Positions 27,501 through 36,608 of a stretch of DNA of 36,609 nucleotides are shown piece after piece. The DNA comes from an uncultured Clostridia bacterium (GTDB lineage: Bacteria > Bacillota > Clostridia > Oscillospirales > CAG-272), in the NCBI GenBank assembly GCA_947624945.1, contig CANQMJ010000003.1, positions 1-36,609 on the forward strand, given 5' to 3'. A program made the position numbers and the translations under genes. A model generated the notes under the pieces. That model had not been told where the DNA came from, ran no database searches, and saw only the letters and a list, made by a program, of their open reading frames with translations. The stretch's first letter is position 1. The number at the start of each line of letters is the position of its first letter.

Positions 27501-28069
27501 TCGCACAGCGCATCGTTCACCGTTTTCTGCTCATCTATGCCGTGATTTTGCAGTTCAAGATAAAAATTGCCTCTACCGAACATAGCATCATACTCGACTG
27601 CAAGACGCTCTGCGTATTCGTAATCTCCCGACACGACGGCGCGAGGTATCGCGCCCGACAGACACGCCGACAGCGCGACAAGGCCGTCGTGATACTCGCG
27701 CAAAAGCTCCATGTCTACGCGCGGCTTTGAGTAAAATCCCTCCGTCCACGAAAGCGACACTATGCGCATGAGGTTTTTATATCCCGTCTCGTTTTTGCAC
27801 AAAAGCACGAGATGTGACGGCGGCGCCGTACCCGGTCCCTTGTCGAACCGCGAACCCGGCGCGACGTATACCTCGCACCCGATTATGGGCTTTATCCCCT
27901 CCGCGACACACGCACGGTAAAACTCAACGACGCCGTACATGACGCCGTGGTCCGTTATCGCGACGGCGCTGTGTCCCTCCGCCTTTGCAAGCTTCGGTAT
28001 ATCGGCGACGCGGCACGCGCCGTCGAGCAGACTGTATTCGCTGTGTAAATGAAGATGCACGAAATCCAC
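24503..28069 (-). CDS. dnaE: DNA polymerase III alpha subunit
   Basis: FVHLHLHSEYSLLDG, PHP domain, GPGRGSGAGS, FERFLNPER, MPDFDVDF, KFDFL, FNKSH, OB fold. No intein evident. GTG start. Confidence 0.98.
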   Translation of the reverse strand: MDFVHLHLHSEYSLLDGACRVADIPKLAKAEGHSAVAITDHGVMYGVVEFYRACVAEGIKPIIGCEVYVAPGSRFDKGPGTAPPSHLVLLCKNETGYKNLMRIVSLSWTEGFYSKPRVDMELLREYHDGLVALSACLSGAIPRAVVSGDYEYAERLAVEYDAMFGRGNFYLELQNHGIDEQKTVNDALCDIAKRTGIPLAATNDVHYPRRADADTQAILTCIGTNSVITDGRPLGFDTDEFYYKSTAEMERLFGGIDGGSPISNTVKIAEMCSLEMKFDKLYMPRFPFTNGVDPTKFLTDKTWAGLHERVGRGHIVYDETYTESDYRSRVEYELSVISGMGYSEYYLIVADFIAFAKGRDIPVGPGRGSGAGSLVAYLIGITDIDPLRFGLLFERFLNPERKSMPDFDVDFCYDRRDEVIEYVREKYGRDHVAQIITFGTMAARAAVRDVGRALGMAYGDVDRVARLIPRTLGVTLADAMKEAELRELYDNSQQVKKLIDTATAIEGMPRHASTHAAGVVITGELLYDIVPLSVNGGIVVTQFDMDTAALVGLVKFDFLALRYITVVYNAVRRIKEREPDFDIALIPKDDADTMKMIASGDTNGVFQLESPGMKRTLTELSPEYLSDIIAAIALFRPGPMDSIPQYVQRRHGEGTLKYTHPALVEILRETYGCIVYQEQVMQIFRDVAGYSLARADTVLHAMKKKKAAELEAERGSFIDGAVERGMTREEANGLFDDMASFSSYAFNKSHAAAYAVVAYETAYLKRHYKKEYFASLLDSVLGWESSTAEYIAECERSGIAVVPPNINESRADYTVGDYGIRYGLAALKGLGRQFIDEIVRERTENGPFKSFSDFAERMAEHDMNKRQVEALIKSGAFDMLGQKRSQLLLSYEEIIDGVHDKQRRGVSGQLDMFAASRSEGTAAPEFVYPDVPELPRAKLLELEKEVSGMYFSGHILDDYEKECEAVEHEPIAAVSGGGNGAVDENDDGGEENGGDDARSRDGEKVTLIGIITKRTPKQTRRGEQMMFLVLQDKTGEIEVVVFPRMLHEYMDVIMSDAPITVSGEVSVEDDKAPKILLNHAAMLVSASTDKVKANPQTMQRPQAANAFVSKLYLRVPSTSSVEYKRACALVEIFCGYVPVFIFDSSVGKYTRFHAGADTTEPRLLSELCRVLGEENVVAKQSRRDGVAE

Positions 28070-28165
28070 GCGCGCGCCCTCCCTTGTATTTTCAGTGAAT
28101 TATATATTTTTCAACGTCGGATATTATTTCCCCGGAAATTTCTCCGCCGTATAGCCCGCGCATGC

Positions 28166-28774
28166 TTATATATCCGCTCCGAAGCGGTATTCCCTGTCTT
28201 CCCTTTCGTTTGCGGCAAGACCGTATTTGTCTATTATGATATCGGCGACCTCGCCCGGCGAAAGATCTGTGTTGTCGATCTTGATATGATTTTCAAACCA
28301 CATCTCTCCCTCGTCCGAGTTCAGTTTGTGCCGCTCCGCGTCCCGAAGAAGATTCGCCCGGCTCCACTCGATGTTTCGCTTCGACGGTTTCCGTTCCAGT
28401 CTGTGCGGCGTCTCGTTGCGCAAAAGCCGCACTTTTATGTCCGCGCTCAACTCGACAAAATAAAAATTCCCGCCCGACTCGGTAAAAAGCCGCTCCAATA
28501 CGGACAAATTCTTTCTTTCATCAGGCGATTCAAACGCGCATACACAGGTAAAAATCAAATCAACGTCGTACTTTACGGCAGTTTCAAACGCCGTCCTGCG
28601 GAATGCGGCGTTAAACTCTTTCTGCGCCGGCGTTGCGAACCCGAAAATTTTATCGGATATTTCAATGCTGTCGTGATTCAGCATCAGATTATATTTCAGC
28701 TTGTCCCGTAACGATTCCGCGACACTCATTTTGCCGACAGCCTGCGGTCCGCATATAACGATCAGATTTGCCAT
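28166..28774 (-). CDS. P-loop NTPase / nucleoside monophosphate kinase-like (AAA_33-type) protein
   Basis: LIVICGPQAVGKMS Walker A, FVELSAD..RLLRN lid, IDNT. Lower GC than neighbours. Confidence 0.82.
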   Translation of the reverse strand: MANLIVICGPQAVGKMSVAESLRDKLKYNLMLNHDSIEISDKIFGFATPAQKEFNAAFRRTAFETAVKYDVDLIFTCVCAFESPDERKNLSVLERLFTESGGNFYFVELSADIKVRLLRNETPHRLERKPSKRNIEWSRANLLRDAERHKLNSDEGEMWFENHIKIDNTDLSPGEVADIIIDKYGLAANEREDREYRFGADI

Positions 28775-28828
28775 TTCAAGTTTCTCCCGAAAGCGAATAA
28801 CACAGCCGCCTCCGAATTATATGTCATT

Positions 28829-29608
28829 TTATTTCTTCATCGCCTCCGCCGCGATCTCCTCTATCCGCCGCAGCCTTGACGACAGCGCCGGCTTCGATAT
28901 ATGCGTCGGCGATATCGCCGCAAGCTGCGACAGCGACAGCTCGGGATTTTCGAGCCGAAGCATCGCCGTTTCATAAAGCTCGTCGCCGAGCATATCGAGG
29001 CGCCCCGCACATTCGAGCGCGCGTATCGCGTCGCAGACGCGCTCCGACGCGTCCGTCGCGCGGCGAAGATTGAACATGTCCGCGTTCGAGCGCCTGTTGA
29101 CGAAGTTCGCCACGTCCGATACGAGCCCCGCGTTCGATATATCGAAAAGCACGCGGTTGACGCCCGCGGCGGCGAAAAAGCCGCCTATCGCATCCGCGGA
29201 TTTAAGATAAAGCACCACGCTGCCGCGCCGTATGCGCCGCCTGAAATCAAACCCGAACGCGCGCACGACAGCCTCGACCTTGTCCGCAGCATCGCCGCGC
29301 AGCGACAGGTCGAGATTCAGCTCCTTCGACGCAGGATCCGACACCGAACCCGACGCGATGAATATGCCGCGCAGTATCGACGCGCGGCACCCCGCGCATC
29401 TCAGCCGCGACATGTCGCACAGCTCGCCCACGTCATGATCGTCTACGCCGTCCGATACCGTCGCCGCATACGATGCGATCTCCGCGTCACGGAAATTCAC
29501 CTCCGGCGCGCAAGTCAAAATCGCCCGCGCCGTATTGACGCGGCAGCAGTCGTTTTTCAGCCTTACCGCCATCATGTCCGATTTGACCGAACGCGAATAC
29601 GAGCTCAT
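28829..29608 (-). CDS. whiA: DNA-binding protein WhiA (short, divergent)
   Basis: LRGIFIASGSVSDP, LYLKSADAI, VNRRSNAD..N, LRLENPELSLSQL, ISKPALSSRLRRI. Located between murB and dnaE. Confidence 0.85.
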   Translation of the reverse strand: MSSYSRSVKSDMMAVRLKNDCCRVNTARAILTCAPEVNFRDAEIASYAATVSDGVDDHDVGELCDMSRLRCAGCRASILRGIFIASGSVSDPASKELNLDLSLRGDAADKVEAVVRAFGFDFRRRIRRGSVVLYLKSADAIGGFFAAAGVNRVLFDISNAGLVSDVANFVNRRSNADMFNLRRATDASERVCDAIRALECAGRLDMLGDELYETAMLRLENPELSLSQLAAISPTHISKPALSSRLRRIEEIAAEAMKK

Positions 29609-30510
29609 AGATATATTATCTCCCGTTCGAGCACAACGCCGAACTTTTCATATACGCGCGACGTCACGAGCTCGACGAGCGCTTTCACATCGCCCGCCGT
29701 CGCGCCGCCCTTGTTGATTATGAATCCCGCGTGTTTTTCCGACACCTCTGCGCCGCCGATGCGCACGCCTTTAAGTCCCGCGTCCTCTATCAGCTTGCCC
29801 GTATAGTGACCGGGCGCGCGCTTGAACACGCTGCCCGCGCTCGGATATGAGAGCGGTTGCTTCTCGCGGCGGCGGTTCATAAAGTCCGTCATCTCGGCAA
29901 ATATTGCGTCGGGATCGCCTTTTTGCAGTCCGAACTTCGCCGACAAAACGACGAGCCCGCCGCGCCTTATAACGCTGTCGCGGTAGCCGAGCGACAGCGC
30001 TTCGCGGTCGAGCGTGACAATGCGCCGCTCGCCGAAGTCCCAACAGTCAGCCGACAATATTATATCCGAAATCTCGCCGCCGTACGCGCCCGCGTTCATC
30101 GCGACCGCGCCGCCTACGCTGCCCGGTATGCCGAACGCGAACGAAAATCCCGACAGTCCCGCCTTCTGCGCCGCCGACGCGCACGACGTTATGCCGCGTC
30201 CGCACTCCGCCGTAAGCGTCTCGCCGTCGATCGTCAGCTCCGTCATGAGCGACGTTATCACGAGCACGCCGTCGTAGCCGCCGTCGTCGACGAGCACATT
30301 CGTGCCGAGACCTATAACGTCGTGGCGGATGCATGCCTCCGTCAAAGCCCGCAAAAGCGCGCACAGCGACCGCGTGCTTTTCGGACTTACCGCAAGTCTG
30401 ACCTTGCCGCCGCATCTGAAGCTCGTGAGCTCCGACGCGTCCGCATCGGCGGTGTATTCGTATTCATCGGCGCGTTCGTCGAGAAACGATTTCAGCGATC
30501 CTATATCCAA
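29605..30510 (-). CDS. murB: UDP-N-acetylmuramate dehydrogenase
   Basis: TSFRCGG, GLGTNVL, GIPGSVGGAVAMNAGAYG, KQPLSYPSAGSVFKR, SEKHAGFIIN. Start placed at TTG 30510 (GGAGG 5 nt upstream) rather than ATG 30540. Confidence 0.95.
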   Translation of the reverse strand: MDIGSLKSFLDERADEYEYTADADASELTSFRCGGKVRLAVSPKSTRSLCALLRALTEACIRHDVIGLGTNVLVDDGGYDGVLVITSLMTELTIDGETLTAECGRGITSCASAAQKAGLSGFSFAFGIPGSVGGAVAMNAGAYGGEISDIILSADCWDFGERRIVTLDREALSLGYRDSVIRRGGLVVLSAKFGLQKGDPDAIFAEMTDFMNRRREKQPLSYPSAGSVFKRAPGHYTGKLIEDAGLKGVRIGGAEVSEKHAGFIINKGGATAGDVKALVELVTSRVYEKFGVVLEREIIYL

Positions 30511-30511
30511 A

Positions 30512-31222
30512 TCAGCCTCCGAGTATACCGTACAGTTCATAGAGCGACGATATCGTGTATGTCGGCGTGGCGTCGCCCGTACCAGCTCCGCACGGAGCGT
30601 ACAGGCACGAATCGAGCCCCGCAGCCTCCGCGCCCTTGATGTCGCTCGTCAGCGAATCGCCGACGACGAGACAGCGCGCCGCCGCATCGTCCGGCGTCAT
30701 GCCGAGCGCGTCGAACACGAGCTCGAAAAACCTGCGCTCGGGCTTGACGGACCCCATCTCGTCGGAGATGAACATTCTGTCCACATACTTCATTATCGGC
30801 GAGCGCGAAAAGCGGCTTTTCTGCACGTGCGTTATGCCGTTCGTTATGATGTAGAGTGCATATGTGCGCGACAGACGCTCACAGACCTCGACCGCGCCGT
30901 CTACCATTATGCACTGCTGCGACAGACGCTCCGCGTATAAATCGCACATCTCCCTCTCCGTCGACGGTGTCACAATGCCGCGTTCGGCGAGCGCCGATTT
31001 AAGCTTTGCGAATCTGTCGACCTTGAGCCTGTCGCGCGTCGTCTCACCGCGTTCAAGCGCTTTCCATTCCGCATCGTTTATGCGGTGATAGAGCTCGACC
31101 GTCGCTTTGTCCGACGGCAGTCCGCACATCGTCAGAACTTCGCCGACCGCGTTCGCCTCGGAACGGTCAAAGTCAAACAGCGTCCCGTCGGCGTCGAACA
31201 GTATCGTGTCGTACTTTTTCAT
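30512..31222 (-). CDS. YjjG-family HAD nucleotidase
   Basis: LFDADGTLFDF, IITNG, KPE, VGDSLTSDIKG. Confidence 0.9.
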   Translation of the reverse strand: MKKYDTILFDADGTLFDFDRSEANAVGEVLTMCGLPSDKATVELYHRINDAEWKALERGETTRDRLKVDRFAKLKSALAERGIVTPSTEREMCDLYAERLSQQCIMVDGAVEVCERLSRTYALYIITNGITHVQKSRFSRSPIMKYVDRMFISDEMGSVKPERRFFELVFDALGMTPDDAAARCLVVGDSLTSDIKGAEAAGLDSCLYAPCGAGTGDATPTYTISSLYELYGILGG

Positions 31223-32442
31223 TTTACCGTATATTTATGATATGTTTTCTTTCCCTTTTTGATAACGACTCCGTCCGCGAAATGCTCAATTTCCACCTGC
31301 ATATTCGCGTCCGCGACCTTTTCGCCGTCAAGCAGCACGCCGCCCTGAACGACAAGCGTCCGCGCCTCTCTGCGCGACGGCGCAAGCCCGCCCTTTATCA
31401 TCATATCGAGCACGCCGATCTTGCCGTCGGTGAAATCTTCATTCGACAGCTCCGTCGTCGGCATGTCCTCCGACGTGCCAGCGCCGCCGAACACGGACTT
31501 CGCCGCCGCCTGCGCCTTGTCAGCTTCTTCCTCGCCGTGTACGAGCTTTGTCAGCTCATACGCAAGTATCTCTTTTGCGCGGTTGAGCTCGGAGCCCTCC
31601 CACTTGTCCATCTCGTCTATCTGTTCGAGCGGCAGGAACGTCAGCATGCGTATGCATTTTAGCACGTCCGCGTCGCCCACGTTGCGCCAGTACTGGTAAA
31701 AGTCGAACGGACTCGTCTTGTTCGGGTCGAGCCATACGGCGTTGCCCGCCGTCTTGCCCATCTTGTGCCCCTGCGAATCTGTCAGAAGCGTTATCGTCAT
31801 GGCGTGTGCGTCCGCGCCGAGCTTGCGGCGTATGAGCTCGGTGCCGCCGAGCATATTCGACCACTGGTCGTCGCCGCCGAACTGCATGTTGCAGCCGTAC
31901 GTCTTGTAGAGATGATAGAAGTCGTAGGACTGCATTATCATGTAGTTGAATTCGAGGAACGACAGCCCCTTCTCCATGCGCTGCTTGTAGCATTCTGCGC
32001 GCAGCATGTTGTTGACCGAGAAGCACGCGCCGACCTCGCGCAAAAGCTCGATATAGTTGAGATCCATCAGCCAGTCTGCGTTGTTGAGCATCATCGCCTT
32101 GCCCGGTCCGAACTCGATGAACTTCTCCATCTGACGGCGGAAGCACTCCGCGTTGTGGTCGATGTCCTCTTTCGTCAGCATGCGCCGCATGTCGGAACGA
32201 CCCGACGGGTCGCCTATCATCGTCGTACCGCCGCCTATAAGCGCGATCGGACGGTTTCCCGCCTGCTGCAGCCGCTTCATAAGCGTCAGCGCCATAAAAT
32301 GACCCGCGGTCAGACTGTCCGCCGTGCAGTCAAAGCCGATGTAGAACGTCGCCTTGCCCGCGTTCACCATCTCGCGTATCTCGTCCTCGTTCGTCACCTG
32401 CGCGATAAGTCCCCTCGCGCGCAGCTCTTCATAAATTCCCAT
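31219..32442 (-). CDS. tyrS: Tyrosine--tRNA ligase
   Basis: YIGFDCTADSLTAGH (HIGH variant), IGDPSGR, YMIMQSYDF, QFGGDDQW, KMGKT, S4 domain. Confidence 0.97.
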   Translation of the reverse strand: MGIYEELRARGLIAQVTNEDEIREMVNAGKATFYIGFDCTADSLTAGHFMALTLMKRLQQAGNRPIALIGGGTTMIGDPSGRSDMRRMLTKEDIDHNAECFRRQMEKFIEFGPGKAMMLNNADWLMDLNYIELLREVGACFSVNNMLRAECYKQRMEKGLSFLEFNYMIMQSYDFYHLYKTYGCNMQFGGDDQWSNMLGGTELIRRKLGADAHAMTITLLTDSQGHKMGKTAGNAVWLDPNKTSPFDFYQYWRNVGDADVLKCIRMLTFLPLEQIDEMDKWEGSELNRAKEILAYELTKLVHGEEEADKAQAAAKSVFGGAGTSEDMPTTELSNEDFTDGKIGVLDMMIKGGLAPSRREARTLVVQGGVLLDGEKVADANMQVEIEHFADGVVIKKGKKTYHKYTVK

Positions 32443-32478
32443 AACAGTTTTCCCTTTCGATTTATCTTTCCTGATTTT

Positions 32479-34161
32479 TTACTTTGATTCGCCCTCGGCG
32501 ATAAGCTCGCGGGCGGCTTTTTTCTGTGTCTCCGTGACGCTTATGCCGCCTATTATGCGCGCTATCTCGTCTATTTTGTCCTCGCCCGTCAAAACGCGCA
32601 CCGAAGTCTCCGTTCTGCCGTCACGCTCCGATTTGCGCACGAACAGGTGCGTGTCCGCGAGCGCCGCGATCTGCGCAGAATGTGTGACGCAGAGTATCTG
32701 CGTCTTCGACGACGCGTCGCGCAGCTTGCGCCCTATCTTGCCCGACGTCGACCCCGACACACCCGTGTCTATCTCGTCGTAGATGATGGCGTCCTCGCCC
32801 GAGCTGTCGTTCTGTACGCTCTTTATCGCCAGCATAACGCGCGACAGCTCGCCTCCGCTCGCCGTAAGCGCGAGCGGCTTCACGTCCTCGCCCGCGTTCG
32901 CGGAAATGTATATCTCCGCCGTCTCGCGTCCGCACGGCGACAGCGGACAATCCGTGAATCGCACCTCAATTTTGACTTTCGGCATATCGAGCTCCGCGAG
33001 CACGCCGCATATCTGCTCCGTCATACGCGCCGACGCTTCCCTGCGCACATTTGACAATGCGTCCGCGCACACGTTCGCCTCAGCCTCGGCTTTGGCGAGC
33101 GCCTCGCGCGCCTCCGCCGTCCGCTCCTCGTTATTCTCTATCGAGTCGAGCTTGCGTTTCGCCTCGTCCCTGTGGGCAAGCACAGCCTCGATGTCGCGCC
33201 CGTACTTGCGCTCGAGTCTTTTTATCGCGTCGAGACGGTCCTCGATCGCCTCGAGCCTGCTCTCTCTGTCATCGTCGGACGCGCCTCCGAGATCGAACGT
33301 CTGATACGTCCTGCGCGCTATGTCCTCAAGCTCATACGATATCGAGCGCAGCTTTTCCGCGTCCTCGGCGGCGTTCGGCGAATACTCGCGAAGCTGCTCC
33401 ATCGCGGACGCCGCGCGCTCGGCAAGATACGACGCCGACGCGCCCTTTTCGTTCTGGTACGCGGCGCGGTATACGAAATTCGCCAGCTTCGTTATCTTCT
33501 CGCCCGAGCGTATGCGCGCACGCTCCATCGTAAGCTCTTCTTCCTCGCCTGCGCTCAGCTTCGCCGCGTCTATCTCCTTCACCTGATACGACAAAAGATC
33601 GGCAGCGAGCGCGCCCTCGCGCGACAGACGTTCGAGCTCGTCGAGCGACGACCTCGCCGCCGCGTACCGCTCATACGACGACGCATACGCGGACAGCTCG
33701 TCAGCGTCGCACGCGTATTCGTCTATCAGCGCAAGCTGCGCTTCGGGTGTTTTGAGCGACAGACTCTCGCTCTGACCGTTTATCGACAACAGATACGACG
33801 ACGCGCGGCGAAGCGCCGCCTGCGATGTCGACCTGCCGTTTATGCGCGCCGTGCTCTTGCCGTCCGACGACACTGTACGCTCTATCTCAAGCTCGCCGTC
33901 AGCGACATCTATGCCCGCCGCCGAAATCGCTGTGGCGGCTCGTTCGTCGATATCGGTAAACAGCGCCGTCACCTTTGCCGCGCTCTCGCCCGTGCGTATC
34001 AGCTGCGGCTGCGCCTTCGCGCCCGACACGAGCGATATCGCGTCGATTATGACCGATTTGCCCGCGCCCGTCTCGCCCGTGAACACGGTGAACCCCGGCG
34101 AAAACTCAAGGTCGAGACGCTTTATGACGGCTATATTCTCTATGTGCAGCGACTTTAACAT
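32479..34161 (-). CDS. recN: DNA repair protein RecN
   Basis: FTGETGAGKS, coiled coil, ASGGELSRVMLA, YDEIDTGVSG, VTHSAQIAA. Confidence 0.97.
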   Translation of the reverse strand: MLKSLHIENIAVIKRLDLEFSPGFTVFTGETGAGKSVIIDAISLVSGAKAQPQLIRTGESAAKVTALFTDIDERAATAISAAGIDVADGELEIERTVSSDGKSTARINGRSTSQAALRRASSYLLSINGQSESLSLKTPEAQLALIDEYACDADELSAYASSYERYAAARSSLDELERLSREGALAADLLSYQVKEIDAAKLSAGEEEELTMERARIRSGEKITKLANFVYRAAYQNEKGASASYLAERAASAMEQLREYSPNAAEDAEKLRSISYELEDIARRTYQTFDLGGASDDDRESRLEAIEDRLDAIKRLERKYGRDIEAVLAHRDEAKRKLDSIENNEERTAEAREALAKAEAEANVCADALSNVRREASARMTEQICGVLAELDMPKVKIEVRFTDCPLSPCGRETAEIYISANAGEDVKPLALTASGGELSRVMLAIKSVQNDSSGEDAIIYDEIDTGVSGSTSGKIGRKLRDASSKTQILCVTHSAQIAALADTHLFVRKSERDGRTETSVRVLTGEDKIDEIARIIGGISVTETQKKAARELIAEGESK

Positions 34162-34177
34162 ACAAAACCAGCGCCTG

Positions 34178-34630
34178 TCACAGCTTTATAAGCTCGCGGA
34201 ACTTCCTGCACAGAAACGCCGCGTCCTCCTCTGTGCGCGTTATGACGATGACGCAGTCGTCGCCCGCCACGCACCCGAGCACCTCCCGCATGTCCATGTC
34301 GTCGATGCCCGCCGCTATCGCCGACGCCATCGACGGTATCGTTTTAATAACGAGGTCGTTGAGCGAATAATCCGCGCTCGTTATCGACTCGAGTATCGAC
34401 GTGTTAAACTTCGCCATGCTGACGCCCGAGTGAGCGTTTGAGCGGACGTATTTGTATTTGCCGCTCTCAGATGTCACCTTCGTCAGCTTCAGCTCGCGTA
34501 TATCGCGCGATATCGTCGCCTGCGTCGCGCTGATGCCCGCCTCCGCAAGCCGCGCGATAAGCTCGTCCTGCGTCTCGATATCGTATTTCTTTATCAGCTC
34601 GAGTATCTTTCCCTGACGCTTCGACTTCAT
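34178..34630 (-). CDS. argR: Arginine repressor
   Basis: TQDEL, TQATISRDIREL, GCVAGDD. Confidence 0.96.
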   Translation of the reverse strand: MKSKRQGKILELIKKYDIETQDELIARLAEAGISATQATISRDIRELKLTKVTSESGKYKYVRSNAHSGVSMAKFNTSILESITSADYSLNDLVIKTIPSMASAIAAGIDDMDMREVLGCVAGDDCVIVITRTEEDAAFLCRKFRELIKL

Positions 34631-34666
34631 CGTCCGCGTCCTCCTTCTTTATTTATCTGCACGCTT

Positions 34667-35533
34667 TTATCTCCCCGTCATTTTGCTGCGGAACACGCCC
34701 GTGAACCCGCCCGTGCGAACTCTGACGAGCTTCGTCCGAAACTCACTCTTGCGCACCGTCACGACGGCGCCCGCCGCAAGCTCCACCGTCTCCATGCCGT
34801 CGCGCGACAGCTCGAGCGCCGAACGCCTCCAATCTCCCGCCTCGCACTCGATCACAAATCTCGTCGAATATATCGACGGACGCGACATGACCGAATGAGG
34901 ACATATCGGCGTGACGCATATGCAGTCTATCGACGGATCTACGAGCGGACCGCCCGCCGACATCGAATACGCCGTCGAACCCGTAGGAGTAGCAAATATG
35001 ACGCCGTCGGCGTCGAACTTGCCCGCGTCGTAGACGTCGCCGCCCGAGCGGCACGACAGCGATATGCCCGCTATCTTCGCCGCCGATGATTTTGTCACAA
35101 CATAGTCGTTGAGCGCGGGGCGAAGCGTCGTCACACGACCGCCGGAGCGTATCTCCGCCGTCAGCATCATGCGCTCGTCGACCTCATATCCGCCGTGCAG
35201 TATATCGCCGAGCGACCCCATATCGTCGCCCGATATCTCGGCAAGGTATCCTACCCTGCCCGTGTTTATGCCGAGCACCGGCACGCCGAGCGGCAGCGCC
35301 TTTTCGGCCGCATACAGCACCGACCCGTCGCCGCCGAGCGTTATTATCAGCTCGACGCCGTCCGGCACATCGTCTGCAACGCATATACCGCGTCGCTCCT
35401 CAGGCAGCGTGAGGCTGTCGAGCATCACGACATCAACTCCCGCGCCGCGGCACATGCCGAGCAGCGCGCCGAGACGCGCGTCATTTTTATCGTCTATGCC
35501 GAACGGCAAAACCGCGACCGTTTTAATGCTCAT
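34667..35533 (-). CDS. nadK: NAD(+) kinase
   Basis: LGGDGSVL, GINTGRVGYL, ALND, DGVIFATPTGSTAYSMSAGGP, TPICPH. SD ggagg before ATG 35533. Confidence 0.95.
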   Translation of the reverse strand: MSIKTVAVLPFGIDDKNDARLGALLGMCRGAGVDVVMLDSLTLPEERRGICVADDVPDGVELIITLGGDGSVLYAAEKALPLGVPVLGINTGRVGYLAEISGDDMGSLGDILHGGYEVDERMMLTAEIRSGGRVTTLRPALNDYVVTKSSAAKIAGISLSCRSGGDVYDAGKFDADGVIFATPTGSTAYSMSAGGPLVDPSIDCICVTPICPHSVMSRPSIYSTRFVIECEAGDWRRSALELSRDGMETVELAAGAVVTVRKSEFRTKLVRVRTGGFTGVFRSKMTGR

Positions 35534-36608
35534 ACGCCGCCTCCCATGTTCCGCCGTCCTGCGTTTTTCTGTCATTCTGCATTGCGAGTATCTCCTGCCG
35601 CGTCAGGCGGAAATTCTTCGCTATATCCATAGCGTAGCTGTGACCGTAGCGCCCGCCCTTCTCTATGCGGTATGTCCTGTCGTGCGACTCGCCCGCGAGC
35701 ACCGCCGTCAGATTACATATGCGCGACGCCGCGCCGTCTCCGTCCGCCATGCTGCAAAGCCCGTGCAGATGCGTCGTGCATATGCCGCGCACGCCTATCT
35801 CCGCATACGCGGACAATATCTCTGACGCGAGCACGATTGCCTCGTCCGCGCTCGTACTCGAAAACGCCTCGTCGAACAGAAACAAGCTGTCCCTCGTTAT
35901 CTTCCCGTTTATTATGCCTATCTCCTCGCACTCGCCCGCGAGCCGCCCGTTTTTATACGCGCGGTCCGACTTGCTGTCGACGAAGTGTACGTATATCGCG
36001 TCGACCGGACGCACCACGGCTGACACCGCCGGCAGCGGCAGTCCGAGATGCAGCATCGAATACGCAAGTCCGACCGATTTCGTAAAAACCGACTTGCCGC
36101 CCTGATTCGGCCCCGTCAGAATATATATTATCTCGTCGCCGAATCCTATATTGCTGGCGACCGGTACGCGTCCCGACATCGCAAGCGCCGGATTATAAAG
36201 CCCCGTTATCTCGTCAATATCGCCAAACTGCGGCTTGCACAGAGGACGTTTATACCCGCGAAGAACGCGCAGCGTCTCCATGCACGCCGATATGAACTGC
36301 CACTCGGGCAGCAGCGGGAACAGTGCGTCAAGACCGCTTATGACGTATTTTCTGACCGTCCGCTCCCACGAGACGAGCGCGGACGAGAATATCTTGCCGA
36401 GCGCGCCGTTGACCGCATACCGCATGGCGGCGGCTTCCTCCTGCGACAGCTTCTTGTCGGTCGGCGAGAGCTGCGCCGAGCATGTAAACTCGTCGTCCTT
36501 AAAATCGAGCCGCAGCAGTTTGTCTATGAACTCACCCGGCCGATACTGCACCTCGTTTACCTTTACGACTCCCGCTTCGAGCGGACGGAGCTGCGCGTCG
36601 AGATTGAG
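35523..36608 (-). CDS. MutS-related ATPase (MutS domain V protein), 5'-truncated by the window
   Basis: Frame stays open to the window edge (LNLDAQLRPLEAGVV...). ITGLYNP, LTGPNQGGKS, LFDEAFSSTS, TTHLH, SYAMDIA. Confidence 0.85.
   Translation of the reverse strand, partial: LNLDAQLRPLEAGVVKVNEVQYRPGEFIDKLLRLDFKDDEFTCSAQLSPTDKKLSQEEAAAMRYAVNGALGKIFSSALVSWERTVRKYVISGLDALFPLLPEWQFISACMETLRVLRGYKRPLCKPQFGDIDEITGLYNPALAMSGRVPVASNIGFGDEIIYILTGPNQGGKSVFTKSVGLAYSMLHLGLPLPAVSAVVRPVDAIYVHFVDSKSDRAYKNGRLAGECEEIGIINGKITRDSLFLFDEAFSSTSADEAIVLASEILSAYAEIGVRGICTTHLHGLCSMADGDGAASRICNLTAVLAGESHDRTYRIEKGGRYGHSYAMDIAKNFRLTRQEILAMQNDRKTQDGGTWEAAYEH

Noticed and set aside
24503-28069. Intein or frameshift in dnaE
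   Set aside because: Length (1188 aa) and motif order are normal. The only insert is a short acidic Gly-rich loop.
30511-30540. 29-nt murB/yjjG overlap implied by the ORF track
   Set aside because: A TTG start at 30510 with a well-spaced GGAGG removes the overlap.
590-36105. Many long antisense or alternate-frame ORFs (e.g. 3881-4840, 16738-17832, 25373-26494, 33172-34158)
   Set aside because: They are shadows of well-supported genes, expected with high GC3 and few off-frame stops, and carry no recognisable motifs.
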